Shown here: positions 10,091 through 19,854 of the stretch, piece by piece
Numbering within the stretch: position 1 is the stretch's first letter
Layout of the letters: each line of letters begins with the position of its first letter
Origin: Escherichia phage vB_EcoM_ACG-C40
Reading direction: 5' to 3' (one strand)
DNA: 64,000 nt
Sequence record: NC_019399.1
The notes under the pieces: model-generated
Told to the model about the DNA's origin: nothing
The model's input: the letters and a program-made list of their open reading frames with translations, nothing else
Database searches by the model: none
Translations under genes and position numbers: made by a program

Positions 10091-10561
10091 TTAATCATGT
10101 TTCCACACCCCATCGGTATTTGACCAAAGCCGCTGATTATCTGATCCTCGCCACAGCTTTTTGGTCGGAAGATTTTTCTCATACTTCCCATCAATAATAA
10201 CATCAACATATTTAAGCATTTCTAGTTGTTTAATATCTTCAAACTTATATCCTGTCCACAACCAAATGCTTTTATTGGGATAAAGATTTTTTACTGTTTG
10301 AACAATGCAATGAATAACATCTCGGTTATCAGGATAGAGAGGGTCTCCTCCAGTTATAGTTAATCCTTCTATATAATCATTATTCAAACATTCAATCAAT
10401 TGTTCTAGTGTTTCACCAGTGAATGGAATACCATTTCTAGCATTCCATGTTGATTTATTATAACACCCTTCACATTTATGCAAACAACCTGTAACGAAAA
10501 GAACTGTCCTGCATCCAGGACCATTAACAAAGCAGCACGGGTATATTCTGTCATAATTCAT
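10091..10561 (-). CDS. nrdG: anaerobic ribonucleotide reductase activating protein NrdG (radical SAM)
   Basis: 156 aa from ATG 10561; Cys cluster CLHKCEGCYN; ATGA overlap with the upstream stop. Confidence 0.88.
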   Translation of the reverse strand: MNYDRIYPCCFVNGPGCRTVLFVTGCLHKCEGCYNKSTWNARNGIPFTGETLEQLIECLNNDYIEGLTITGGDPLYPDNRDVIHCIVQTVKNLYPNKSIWLWTGYKFEDIKQLEMLKYVDVIIDGKYEKNLPTKKLWRGSDNQRLWSNTDGVWKHD

Positions 10562-11388
10562 AATAATATCCAATTTTTCCAAGCTTCATCAGTAGAATTA
10601 CAGCGTTTTAGTATAAGATGTCTAGAAACTTTTATGGCATTTGAGCACTTTTTAATTGAATCATATTTAATACCGTCAACTGAAACGGTTTTGCTAGTTG
10701 GAGAAATTTTTCCATACATTGGATTTTTTGAACCAACTTGAAGTCCTTTTAAAGCTTTTGAAAGCTTTTGTCTAGATTCCAATGACATGGGAGAATTCTT
10801 TTTACCTTCAATAATTCGCTTGCGATGAAGTTCGCGTTCTTCTTCACTCAAAGAATTGTAATATTTTTTAACACCGTTTGATATAGATAATTTATCTTTC
10901 TCAGACCGCTCTCCAGCTAATTTACTTCTAACATCTTTTCGCTTCATAGCTATGCTTACGGCTTTATTTAAATTTGCTTGATGCTCTGGCGTACGTTTAT
11001 ATTTCTTTAAAGCACGTGAAATAGCTATTTTAGTTTCTTCTGTTCTCTTTTTACCTTTATTTGCTAAACTATTTTTGCGGCGATGTTCAAGTGTCTGTTC
11101 ATAGGCAGTTCCACCTTTTCCACCAGGTTTAATATTATATGTATTTTCTTTTAGACAATACTCTTCGGTTACAAGTTCAGCTTCTTTATCATACATCTGT
11201 TTTTCATTATCAAAAACATGTAAAATTTCTTTATTAAAATTTTTTCTACCATATTTTAATAAAGCGGCACGAATCAATGTTCCTGACCCCATATAACCGT
11301 CATTTATGTTATCGGTGCTATGCGCACCGATATATTCCTTTGAATTAATTATATTTGTTATTTTATAAATTATATAATACCTATGCAT
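10558..11388 (-). mobile_element. freestanding GIY-YIG homing endonuclease (Seg-like) between nrdD and nrdG
   Basis: 276 aa; N-terminal YIIYKITN...KEYIGAHS motif; basic repeat-rich C-terminus. Confidence 0.7.
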
Positions 11389-13198
11389 GTTTTACTCGTT
11401 TTACCATTTCTTTCATTTTACCTAAATTCCATGGAACAACGCTAGGAGTTCCAAGATATCCGCATGTTCTTCTTATTGTATTCATCTTTTTAGGATCAGT
11501 TTCTCCACAAATAGAACAAATAAATCCGTTTTCAGTAGGAGTCATTTCATGGGTGCTTCCGCATGTAAAACATTTATCTACTGGCATATTAACACCAAAA
11601 TAATCTAAATGTTGTGCAGCATAATCCCATACGGCCTCAAGACCCTTTAAGTTATTTTTCATATCAGGAAGTTCAACATAAGAAATGTGACCACCTGTCG
11701 CAATGAAATGATATGGTGCTTCTCGAGAAATCTTTTCAAACGGAGTAATATTTTCTTCTACTGAAACATGGAAACTGTTAGTGTACCAGCCTTTATCAGT
11801 AACATCTTTTACACTTCCATATTTTTCAGTATCAAGTTTACAGAAGCGATAACAAAGGTTTTCAGCGGGAGTAGAATACAAGCTAAAAGCAAAACCGGTT
11901 CTTTCAGTCCACTGTTTAAGACGAGCATTCATTTTAGTTAAAATTTCCTGTCCAATATCACGACCGACAAGAATATTCAATTCGTGAATACCAATGTATC
12001 CTAGGGACACTGAACTTCTACCGTTTTTAAATAACTCAATTATATCGTCATCAGGTTTAAGACGAACCCCGAATGCACCTTCTTGGTAAAGAATAGGAGC
12101 AACAGTAGCTTTAACTCCTTTTAAGGAACTAATTCTACACATCAAAGCTTCAAAACACAAATCCATACGTTCATTGAATAATTCAACAAATTTCTGTTCG
12201 TTAAATTGTGTTCCAATATAAGAATCTAATGCAATACGAGGAAGATTCAGTGTTACAACACCAAGATTATTACGTCCATCAAGAATTTCATTACCAGTCG
12301 AATCTTTCCATACGCTCAAGAAACTACGGCAACCCATTGGAGAAACAGGAACAGATGAACCAGTGATAGCTTTATTGTTCTTAGCTGAAATAATATCAGG
12401 ATACATCCTTTTGCTTGCACACTCTAGAGCAAGCTGCTTAATATCATAGTTCGGATCGTCTTTGTAAAGATTAACACCTTCTTCAACGAACATAACAAGC
12501 TTAGGGAAAATAGGAGTTATCCCATCACGACCGAGACCTTTAATACGATTTTTCAGAATTGCTTTCTGAATCATTCGTTCAGTCCAGTCAGTTCCTGTAC
12601 CAAATGTAATTGTTACAAAAGGCGTTTGTCCGTTTGAACTAAAGAGAGTATTTACTTCATATTCATAAGCTTGGAATGCATCGTATACATCTTTTTCTGT
12701 TTTAGATTGAGCATAATTCAACGCATCAGCGATTTGCCATTTTTCTGCATCCTCAATATGTTTTGCATAGGTGCGTTTAACATAAGGAGAAAGTACTTTA
12801 TCTACATTCGCAAAAGTCGTTCCGCCGTATTGGTGGGAAGCAACTTGCGCAGTAATTTGTGCCATAATTGCAGTAGCAACACCGATTGATTTAGGAGTTT
12901 CAATCTGTGCATTACCGAGCTTAAATCCGTTCTCAAGCATTCCTTTTAAATCTACTAAACAACAATTAGTAAATGGAAGAGCAGGGGAATAATCAATATC
13001 GTGGAAATGGATAATTCCGCTTTCATGCGCTTTCATAATAAAAGACGGGACCATATTTTTGGCAATGTGTTTAGACACAATACCAGCCATAAGGTCCCGT
13101 TGAGTTGGAAAAACACGAGAATCTTTATTAGCATTCTCGTTTAAAAGGTCTTTATTAGTTTTATGAATCAATCCTTCAATTTCTTTTTCAATTGTCAT
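11381..13198 (-). CDS. nrdD: anaerobic ribonucleoside-triphosphate reductase NrdD (intronless)
   Basis: 605 aa continuous ORF; C-terminal glycyl-radical motif RRTCGYLG; C-x2-C...C-x2-C zinc site. Confidence 0.93.
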   Translation of the reverse strand: MTIEKEIEGLIHKTNKDLLNENANKDSRVFPTQRDLMAGIVSKHIAKNMVPSFIMKAHESGIIHFHDIDYSPALPFTNCCLVDLKGMLENGFKLGNAQIETPKSIGVATAIMAQITAQVASHQYGGTTFANVDKVLSPYVKRTYAKHIEDAEKWQIADALNYAQSKTEKDVYDAFQAYEYEVNTLFSSNGQTPFVTITFGTGTDWTERMIQKAILKNRIKGLGRDGITPIFPKLVMFVEEGVNLYKDDPNYDIKQLALECASKRMYPDIISAKNNKAITGSSVPVSPMGCRSFLSVWKDSTGNEILDGRNNLGVVTLNLPRIALDSYIGTQFNEQKFVELFNERMDLCFEALMCRISSLKGVKATVAPILYQEGAFGVRLKPDDDIIELFKNGRSSVSLGYIGIHELNILVGRDIGQEILTKMNARLKQWTERTGFAFSLYSTPAENLCYRFCKLDTEKYGSVKDVTDKGWYTNSFHVSVEENITPFEKISREAPYHFIATGGHISYVELPDMKNNLKGLEAVWDYAAQHLDYFGVNMPVDKCFTCGSTHEMTPTENGFICSICGETDPKKMNTIRRTCGYLGTPSVVPWNLGKMKEMVKRVKHA

Positions 13199-13668
13199 TT
13201 TAAACTCTTTCTAAGCTGCTTCTTAAATGAAGCTATTAATTGTGTTTTGGTGTCAGATTCATTATATTCAAATCCTCTTTGAAGCATCTCGGCCATCATT
13301 TCCTCTTTTCCTAAACGAGAAAATTCCTTTGATTTATCTCCAACGAAGTTAGGGTGAATATTATTTTGGGTGTAATCGGATTTTAAATAAGTAAGTAAAT
13401 TTTCTAACCATTCAAGATAATCAACACCTTGTCCCTTTAAGCCAGAACGATTAAATTTGTGCTTCATTTGACCTTCTGCGGCATTGCATAGATTACAAAG
13501 CAATCCACGTACCTTTCCTGCTTTTGGTCCATTTAATTCATGGTCATGATCGAGGTGATTAGCTTGAACATCAGGATTTAGTTCTCGTTGGCAAATTAAG
13601 CATTTACCATTTTGTGCATCATAAAATTTCTGTTTTTCTTCTTTATATAATTTGCCAGTCAATAACAT
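13195..13668 (-). CDS. 49: endonuclease VII (Holliday junction resolvase) gp49
   Basis: 157 aa; CxxC...HLDHDHE...CNLCN. Confidence 0.93.
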   Translation of the reverse strand: MLLTGKLYKEEKQKFYDAQNGKCLICQRELNPDVQANHLDHDHELNGPKAGKVRGLLCNLCNAAEGQMKHKFNRSGLKGQGVDYLEWLENLLTYLKSDYTQNNIHPNFVGDKSKEFSRLGKEEMMAEMLQRGFEYNESDTKTQLIASFKKQLRKSLK

Positions 13669-13709
13669 AATAAACCCTTACCTTAAATAGATAAGGGTAT
13701 TTATTATTT

Positions 13710-14195
13710 TCAAGTATTGTAAAACATTTGATTCAATCGCTTATATTGCCGAATCTTTTGGTCAGAAAAAGAAATTTGAGTTTCAAGCCATTCAATGTAC
13801 TCTGCGGCAGCTTGCATCAGGTTACCTTCATAGCCATCGTTATTTTCTTGTGCAGCTAATTTAGCTAATGCGTATGAAATACGTTCACCTTGAAAATCGG
13901 CTTTAGGTATTTGAACATCTTGACTAGTTCGCTCTACAACTTCTTCAATTTCGCCATTTTCGACTGATTCAGTATTCCACAAACACCAATACGTAATTGG
14001 CTTATCGTAGATGTTAATAATCTTTCCGTCGGAAAGTTCAATTTCAATAATTCCAGTATCAGGTTCTATATCATCTTCACATTCTTTTGCAAGTTCACGA
14101 ACTTTAAAGACAGTACCTGCACTAAGTTCCGGCCAGTAATTACACAGCCCTATATCAGCACGATTAATTCTAAACCACTTATCTACTGTAATCAT
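13710..14195 (-). CDS. pin: protease inhibitor Pin (by synteny and length)
   Basis: 161 aa from ATG 14195; track ORF extends to an upstream TTG. Confidence 0.55.
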   Translation of the reverse strand: MITVDKWFRINRADIGLCNYWPELSAGTVFKVRELAKECEDDIEPDTGIIEIELSDGKIINIYDKPITYWCLWNTESVENGEIEEVVERTSQDVQIPKADFQGERISYALAKLAAQENNDGYEGNLMQAAAEYIEWLETQISFSDQKIRQYKRLNQMFYNT

Positions 14196-14285
14196 GTCCC
14201 ATCTCCATATCAATTAAGTCATTTATTGTAGGTTCATTATATACTGTTTCTTCATCAGTGTAAACCGGTTCTTTCGGCTCTGGCT

Positions 14286-14528
14286 CTACAGTTTCCCATC
14301 TAACCGCCCACCAGGGTTTAACCCCCGAAGCTTATTAAGTTCTTCATAATCAATCCAGGATTCTAGTCCTGATGGCAAATCAGATTCAATTTCCCAAAGA
14401 AGTTCTTCAATTTTATGAAGACGATCTAATTCTTCAGCTGGAATAGTAACCATTGATGGAGTTCTTGATACACTAATATCGTAAATCATATTTACTCCAG
14501 TTTGACCATACAATCGCCGTATTTCCAC
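14286..14528 (-). CDS. hypothetical protein (49.x)
   Basis: 80 aa ORF. Confidence 0.4.
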   Translation of the reverse strand: MEIRRLYGQTGVNMIYDISVSRTPSMVTIPAEELDRLHKIEELLWEIESDLPSGLESWIDYEELNKLRGLNPGGRLDGKL

Positions 14529-14707
14529 TTAGAAATAGACTTTTCGCCATTAGAATAATAAACTTCAAGTTTAGCACGGTTATTTTTAATTTGAATAACC
14601 TTGGCTGTCATCAAAGTTCCATACCCATAGTAAACTGCAACTTCATCACCTACATATACCGCGCTTCCGCGGTAGTCATGGATATAATCAGTTCCTTCGA
14701 GCATCAT
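14492..14707 (-). CDS. hypothetical protein (49.x)
   Basis: 71 aa ORF. Confidence 0.4.
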   Translation of the reverse strand: MMLEGTDYIHDYRGSAVYVGDEVAVYYGYGTLMTAKVIQIKNNRAKLEVYYSNGEKSISKWKYGDCMVKLE

Positions 14708-14967
14708 TTGAAGTATTCCCGCAATTGGTCAAATCCACCAATATGACTTCTATCAGGAGCAAATACCTGAGGCATTGTCAAGCCGATTTGAGTATCACGA
14801 CCTAGTTTAGTCAGAAGCTCAGCAATTTTCTCATCATCAAAAACACCTTTTTCCGGCATAATGTTGATAAATTCAAATGGCTGTTTCTTCACGGTCAAAA
14901 GACGTTTTGCATTATCGCAATACACGCATTTATGGATGTTGCTATCATAACCATATACTTTAAACAT
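14704..14967 (-). CDS. nrdC: thioredoxin/glutaredoxin NrdC
   Basis: 87 aa with CVYC active site. Confidence 0.9.
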   Translation of the reverse strand: MFKVYGYDSNIHKCVYCDNAKRLLTVKKQPFEFINIMPEKGVFDDEKIAELLTKLGRDTQIGLTMPQVFAPDRSHIGGFDQLREYFK

Positions 14968-14968
14968 A

Positions 14969-15226
14969 TTATTCCTTAATTCCTAGTACTTGTTTAAAAG
15001 TCTCGTCGTAATCAAGACTTTGGCCCGTTTGTTCTTTATGTTTGTATATAATATCACTTACTTCTGATAGCATATTTTTATATGAACGAGTTAAAGCAGA
15101 TTTAAGCACGCTGTATCTATCAGGAAATTTACCATGTTCATTATAATAAGCTATTGCTAATTCACGGACTGCCTTTTCAGCAGTCTCCATATATTCTTTA
15201 CGCTTTGTCATTTTCTTCTCGGTCAA
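14969..15226 (-). CDS. hypothetical protein (nrdC.1-like)
   Basis: 85 aa ORF. Confidence 0.5.
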
Positions 15227-15512
15227 ATCGGTGTTTACAATGGCGACATTTATAACGAAGAATACTAGTCTGCCAATGAATCAATTGAACCTGTTCAGTT
15301 CCACATTCAGGGCAATTAGGAACGTTTTTAGAAGCCCTTTCACGACGTTCAACCATGACCATTACAGAATCCCAATTAACAGGAGGGCTATAATCATCAC
15401 AACCATAAATCTTTCCACGCATTTCCAAATTGTCTTCTTCACCAGCCATAATAATTTTAATTAGACTAGAATTACTTGAAGCTGCAATGTCTTCTAATAA
15501 ACGCTTTTTCAT
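15198..15512 (-). CDS. zinc-ribbon protein (nrdC.2-like)
   Basis: 104 aa; CPECGTE...CRHCKHRF. Confidence 0.5.
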
Positions 15513-15707
15513 TTCAATACCTCAATAGCATTACGTAAACCATTTGCTTTTGCATTAAGAGCTTTTAACAATTTGGTGTGTTCTGCAATTTGGGCTTCAA
15601 CTTCAATCAAACGGGCATTGAGATATTCACGTTCTTCACTCAGATTATCAACCTTTTCTACTTTAGGCTCTTTTACAACTGTCTTATATGTATTAGGGTT
15701 CTTCAGT

Positions 15708-15923
15708 TTAATTAGAATGCGTGAGCTGTTCGCGAGCAGTCATTTGCGTAATATATCCAGCTTTATCAAAATGTCGCAGCCATTCACTGCTATTCATATA
15801 CTTAAAGTGAATGGAACTATTAACTCTATCAGGGTCTAAATTATTTTCGCACAAAAATGTCATAGCATCACGAGTATAGCTGGCATTACGAACCATATCT
15901 TCAATTTGAGAACGAGTTTTCAT
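15708..15923 (-). CDS. hypothetical protein
   Basis: 71 aa ORF; followed by an open frame without ATG (see findings). Confidence 0.4.
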   Translation of the reverse strand: MKTRSQIEDMVRNASYTRDAMTFLCENNLDPDRVNSSIHFKYMNSSEWLRHFDKAGYITQMTAREQLTHSN

Positions 15924-15931
15924 GGTGTTCC

Positions 15932-16819
15932 TTAAGATTTAAGTAAATCAACAATTTTAATTAACTTTTCACGCTCAGATTTAGCTTTACTACTCAATCC
16001 AGATAGTCTAAAAATTTCATCATCATATTGTTGAATAGAAATATTCAGCTCTTCAATCTGTTTATTAAAATAATCAATTTGTTCAGAATGTTTTTCGTTA
16101 CTACGAACTGGTACAGGTTTTGTAGGCAATGTAGTTGAACTGGATTCATTCGGGCGATAAATTAAAATACAACTTGAACCAATAGGGCATTTTGCACCAG
16201 ATGAATATTCTAATGTTCCAGCTTCTTTTAAAACTTCAAAAGCTAAACAGAGATGATGCCCCATATTAACATAATCTGTAGAGTGAGCTCTGATGTAATA
16301 ATCATCGCCACGAATACTAAATTTAAAGCATTTAAGGTCTTCTGTATTATTGGTCTTAAAAATCATTTGTTTATCTAGACCTTTAGCTAATCGAGCACCT
16401 AATGCTAATAATCGTCGTTGATTTTCCCACAAATCTGCGATCATTTGGTCAAATGATAATTTCGGCATTAGTCGACCATAAAGGTCATATCCTTTATTAT
16501 AATTGCGAAGGATTTCACTCGCATTAATACGAGACAACGCTCCAATTTTATTAAGGGCTTTCATGATGCGATTAGATAAAAGCATTCCAGACCCGTTTGT
16601 TCGTTGTAAATGTTTTTCTAATCCAAATCCAATATCAACTTTAAACTTATCTAAAATTTCGGCGTGAACATCTCTGTCAATAACATTCAAATCCAAAGTT
16701 GGGTTAAATCTATGAAAAAATTTATCTGGCTCTCCACGACGAAGTACAGTCCATTCATTTAATTTTTTATTAACTAAAGATTTAATTACTGCATTGACAT
16801 TATTAATTACTACTGACAT
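15932..16819 (-). CDS. hypothetical protein, about 295 aa
   Basis: track ORF starts at TTG; ATG 16819 has an SD. Confidence 0.55.
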   Translation of the reverse strand: MSVVINNVNAVIKSLVNKKLNEWTVLRRGEPDKFFHRFNPTLDLNVIDRDVHAEILDKFKVDIGFGLEKHLQRTNGSGMLLSNRIMKALNKIGALSRINASEILRNYNKGYDLYGRLMPKLSFDQMIADLWENQRRLLALGARLAKGLDKQMIFKTNNTEDLKCFKFSIRGDDYYIRAHSTDYVNMGHHLCLAFEVLKEAGTLEYSSGAKCPIGSSCILIYRPNESSSTTLPTKPVPVRSNEKHSEQIDYFNKQIEELNISIQQYDDEIFRLSGLSSKAKSEREKLIKIVDLLKS

Positions 16820-16830
16820 ATTTTTCTCAC

Positions 16831-17235
16831 TCAATTTTCAATTTTACTAAATACACAGAATATGATGGAAAAGACTATATAAGCACCGCATACAGATTGA
16901 ACTAATACCATTCCAAAGAACCAAACAATATTATCAAACAATGTCTGTTTTACGTCGAAAGGACGTAAACTTACAGTAATATTATCGCCTTTTTCTATTG
17001 ATGAATACATCTCTGGTGAAATATATTCACTAAATCTATAACCGTCTTTGAGTTCATATACAGCAATAAATGATAAACTAGACCCCTTTCCTTGAGTTCC
17101 TGTAAGGGTATTAACTACAGTAACATCATAATCTTTATAATGCATATAATCATTAATTGCGTAATAACCATATGCAACTACTACACATAAACAACATATC
17201 AATAAATTCAATCTTTTAATTATCAACTGTTTCAT
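16831..17235 (-). CDS. membrane protein
   Basis: 134 aa; hydrophobic segments at both ends. Confidence 0.5.
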   Translation of the reverse strand: MKQLIIKRLNLLICCLCVVVAYGYYAINDYMHYKDYDVTVVNTLTGTQGKGSSLSFIAVYELKDGYRFSEYISPEMYSSIEKGDNITVSLRPFDVKQTLFDNIVWFFGMVLVQSVCGAYIVFSIIFCVFSKIEN

Positions 17236-17290
17236 AATAATCTCAGTTAAAAGGGCTTAGAACCATTATACCATCCTTGGTATAAAGCGG

Positions 17291-17818
17291 TTATGCGAGT
17301 ACCGTCTTTAACCGTTCTTCAAACTTCCGAAGAGTATTTTGGCGTTCAGCTCTTTGCTTTTTGTAAGTTTCAATACGCTCTGAAATGAGAGCGTATCGTT
17401 CATTTACTGATTCTTTCATAAAATCAGGAATTTCACGAGAAGCTTTAATCTCGTCAAATTTATCAATAACAGCTTGCTCTTCAGCAATTAAGTTATCATA
17501 CATCAAAATATCTTTCTTGATGAACTCAATATCTTCTTGAGTTACACGAGATAATTTAGATGCTTTATCCTTTTTGTACTGTTCGTTAGTATCACGAGAC
17601 CAGTGTAATGTACGATTTTTATTCGTATTCTTGTAAATTTCTACAATACCAATCTCATCGATAATAACGATCCAATTCCAACGGGATTTGTAAATTTGTC
17701 CTCCATCAACAGTGATTTCACCTCCGATTGAGATGTCATTAAAGAACTTGCTTTGTGCTTCAGATTTAAATTTACCATCGTTGTAATTTACCAAGTTGAA
17801 AATATCTTTAGCGTTCAT
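17291..17818 (-). CDS. hypothetical protein
   Basis: 175 aa; early promoter upstream. Confidence 0.5.
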   Translation of the reverse strand: MNAKDIFNLVNYNDGKFKSEAQSKFFNDISIGGEITVDGGQIYKSRWNWIVIIDEIGIVEIYKNTNKNRTLHWSRDTNEQYKKDKASKLSRVTQEDIEFIKKDILMYDNLIAEEQAVIDKFDEIKASREIPDFMKESVNERYALISERIETYKKQRAERQNTLRKFEERLKTVLA

Positions 17819-17845
17819 TTTTGTTCCTCCGTAGTTGATAGTTGT

Positions 17846-17875
17846 ATAGTACCACAGAGGAACGGTCTTGTAAAC
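17846..17875 (-). promoter_or_regulatory. early promoter (GTTTAC, 18 bp, TACTAT)
   Basis: gtaaac at 17870..17875 and atagta at 17846..17851 on the plus strand. Confidence 0.6.
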
Positions 17876-17877
17876 AA

Positions 17878-18183
17878 CTAAAAGAAACTTCTTTCACAAT
17901 TTTTTCCACTGAACCAAGCGCTCACTGCTTTCTTAGTCTCAGGAGCAGTGTTATCCATAAACCATTCAAAGGCAGCCTTTTTATGATTCTGGAGGGCTTC
18001 TCGGGCTTTAATCTGCTCACGGTCTATTAACACTAACATATGAGCCTTTCTTGTCACCATGGGCTTCTTATGATTTTTTGAATATTCCCAATCATTTGTC
18101 CATCGCATCGTTGTTGCGAATTGAAGTACAGCTTCTTTAATCTTAGTTTCGTAAATTTCACGAGCCTTTGAGTATAACATCAT
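17878..18183 (-). CDS. hypothetical protein
   Basis: GGAGGT SD before the ATG at 18183/18180; track start at 18192 lacks an SD. Confidence 0.45.
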   Translation of the reverse strand: MMLYSKAREIYETKIKEAVLQFATTMRWTNDWEYSKNHKKPMVTRKAHMLVLIDREQIKAREALQNHKKAAFEWFMDNTAPETKKAVSAWFSGKNCERSFF

Positions 18184-18282
18184 TACCTCCATTTACCAGT
18201 TTAATTCTAGTCATCTTTTTGATGGCAGTCCATATAATCTATTTCTGAACTGCCTTTTTGTCTTAGAAGTCCTCTTATGAAT

Positions 18283-19251
18283 TTATTTCAGAAGAGTAAC
18301 CTCAGCAATTTCTTCCCAACCGTTTTTGTCGGTCATAATAAAGTCAGCAAGATAAAGAGCAGTACGCAGTGAAACATTACGTAAACGGTTAACATTGACT
18401 TTCATCCATGATAATGCTTTATAAGTTTCTTCATCAGAAAGACCGCGCTTTTGCATCATGTCGGTTGAAAGAATAACATCTTCAACCCTGACCATAATTT
18501 CTTCATTAGTGTGAACACCCAAATCTAAATAAACTGAGCGGGACACTAATGCTTGTAAATGTGGAGCAAGTTTAGTACCACGGTCTAATTCGCGGTCAAT
18601 GTCAACGTTTGTGATAAAAACAATCGTTCCTTTAAATTCAAACTCACGCTCAATGCCTTTTTCTTCTAAGTAAGAAGATGCAGTGCTCCAGCAGACTTTA
18701 CGGGTCTCTCCAGTGTCCAGAGCAGCTTTCAGAAGATTAAGAATGTCCATATCAGAGAAAACATCCACATCATCAATCAAAAGGACAGAATTCTCTTCAC
18801 GATTATTCCAAAGCTGCTCATAAAGACCAATACCAGAGATTTTACCATTAATGCTTTTATATTCAATGTATCCATTATCATTTGCTTTATTTAAAGCTTT
18901 ATCTAAAGAATACGTTTTACCAATACCCGCCGCACCAGAGATAATTAATGAACGAATGTTTCCGTTAATAATACCATTCGTCATCATTCCCATAACATTA
19001 AATCTTTTATTAATGCGGGTTTTCATATCTTCATATGATTCTTTAACTTCTTCAACTTTTACACCATCATATGAAATGTCTGATTTGTAAACCCAAACAC
19101 CGCGACGCTTACCGTCAATTTCAACAAAAACTTTACCATCTCCTTGTGCATCTACCGGAGCATTATCTGGGAACCATTCGCCTAAGAGCTCAAAAGTTCC
19201 AGAGATTTCTTTACCAAAGTAGATACCCTTATTGATAGTTACAGTTTTCAT
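18283..19251 (-). CDS. P-loop ATPase with N-terminal extra domain
   Basis: Walker A SGAAGIGKT and Walker B LLIDDVD; ATG 19251 has a GGAG SD (track start is GTG). Confidence 0.6.
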   Translation of the reverse strand: MKTVTINKGIYFGKEISGTFELLGEWFPDNAPVDAQGDGKVFVEIDGKRRGVWVYKSDISYDGVKVEEVKESYEDMKTRINKRFNVMGMMTNGIINGNIRSLIISGAAGIGKTYSLDKALNKANDNGYIEYKSINGKISGIGLYEQLWNNREENSVLLIDDVDVFSDMDILNLLKAALDTGETRKVCWSTASSYLEEKGIEREFEFKGTIVFITNVDIDRELDRGTKLAPHLQALVSRSVYLDLGVHTNEEIMVRVEDVILSTDMMQKRGLSDEETYKALSWMKVNVNRLRNVSLRTALYLADFIMTDKNGWEEIAEVTLLK

Positions 19252-19320
19252 TTTATTCTCCAATTTCACATTTGTTTTGATAGGGTAATAGTATCACACT
19301 ACTACCCTGCTGTAAACAAT

Positions 19321-19584
19321 TTATTTTAATGTTTGCCAAATTTTTACTGCTTCGCGACGAGATACTTCTACAGCTCCAAGTTCTACAGCTTTTTGGCGTC
19401 GCCGAGCGTGTAAGTCATAATGTTTAATGCGTTTATCTTGAAACCAAGAACGTTTCATTCCTATTGCTTCTGCCATTTCGTGAAGCTCTTCAATATCTCC
19501 ATCAGTGAACATATGACAATTTTTAGTTGGATGACCGCGAAGTTTCCATCCATGATTCATTAAAACATCTACGTAAACTGTCAT
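19321..19584 (-). CDS. hypothetical protein (MTVYVD...GW...CHM motif)
   Basis: 87 aa; ATGA-coupled to the upstream small ORF. Confidence 0.45.
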   Translation of the reverse strand: MTVYVDVLMNHGWKLRGHPTKNCHMFTDGDIEELHEMAEAIGMKRSWFQDKRIKHYDLHARRRQKAVELGAVEVSRREAVKIWQTLK

Positions 19585-19730
19585 TGATTCTTCTCCAAAT
19601 AAGTTTCGATAATTTTCTGGGCGAGATAAACCGCGTTATCTTCAGTTGCGTCTTCTAAGAAACTTTCAAAACACTCTGAAATTTCTTCTGTATCAATCAA
19701 CTTTTTTACTTCAATTGGTGTAATTTTCAT
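19581..19730 (-). CDS. small acidic ORF, 49 aa
   Basis: hand translation MKITPIEVKKLIDTEE...; stop overlaps the next ATG; not in ORF track. Confidence 0.35.
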   Translation of the reverse strand: MKITPIEVKKLIDTEEISECFESFLEDATEDNAVYLAQKIIETYLEKNQ

Positions 19731-19758
19731 TTTGTTTTCCGTTTAAGTGTTTGTTTTG

Positions 19759-19788
19759 ATAGTTGTATAGTACCATAAAGCTTTATGC
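19759..19788 (-). promoter_or_regulatory. early promoter (GTTTAC, 18 bp, TACTAT)
   Basis: gtaaac 19783..19788; atagta 19759..19764. Confidence 0.6.
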
Positions 19789-19826
19789 TTGTAAACAATT
19801 TTGTGAAAAATTTTTGAAATAAAAAA

Positions 19827-19845
19827 GGGGACCTCTAGGGCCCCC
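19827..19845 (-). terminator. intrinsic terminator (hairpin plus U6)
   Basis: ggggacctctagggcccc then a T-run on the minus strand. Confidence 0.55.
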
Positions 19846-19854
19846 TTTATGCTT

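Noticed and set aside
9985-10209. ORF 9985..10209 (-) overlapping the 3' part of nrdG
   Set aside because: Out-of-frame overlap with a well-supported gene; no independent start signal.
11381-13198. Group I intron with embedded endonuclease inside nrdD
   Set aside because: nrdD is one uninterrupted 605-aa ORF with an intact glycyl-radical C-terminus; no intron-sized insertion is present.
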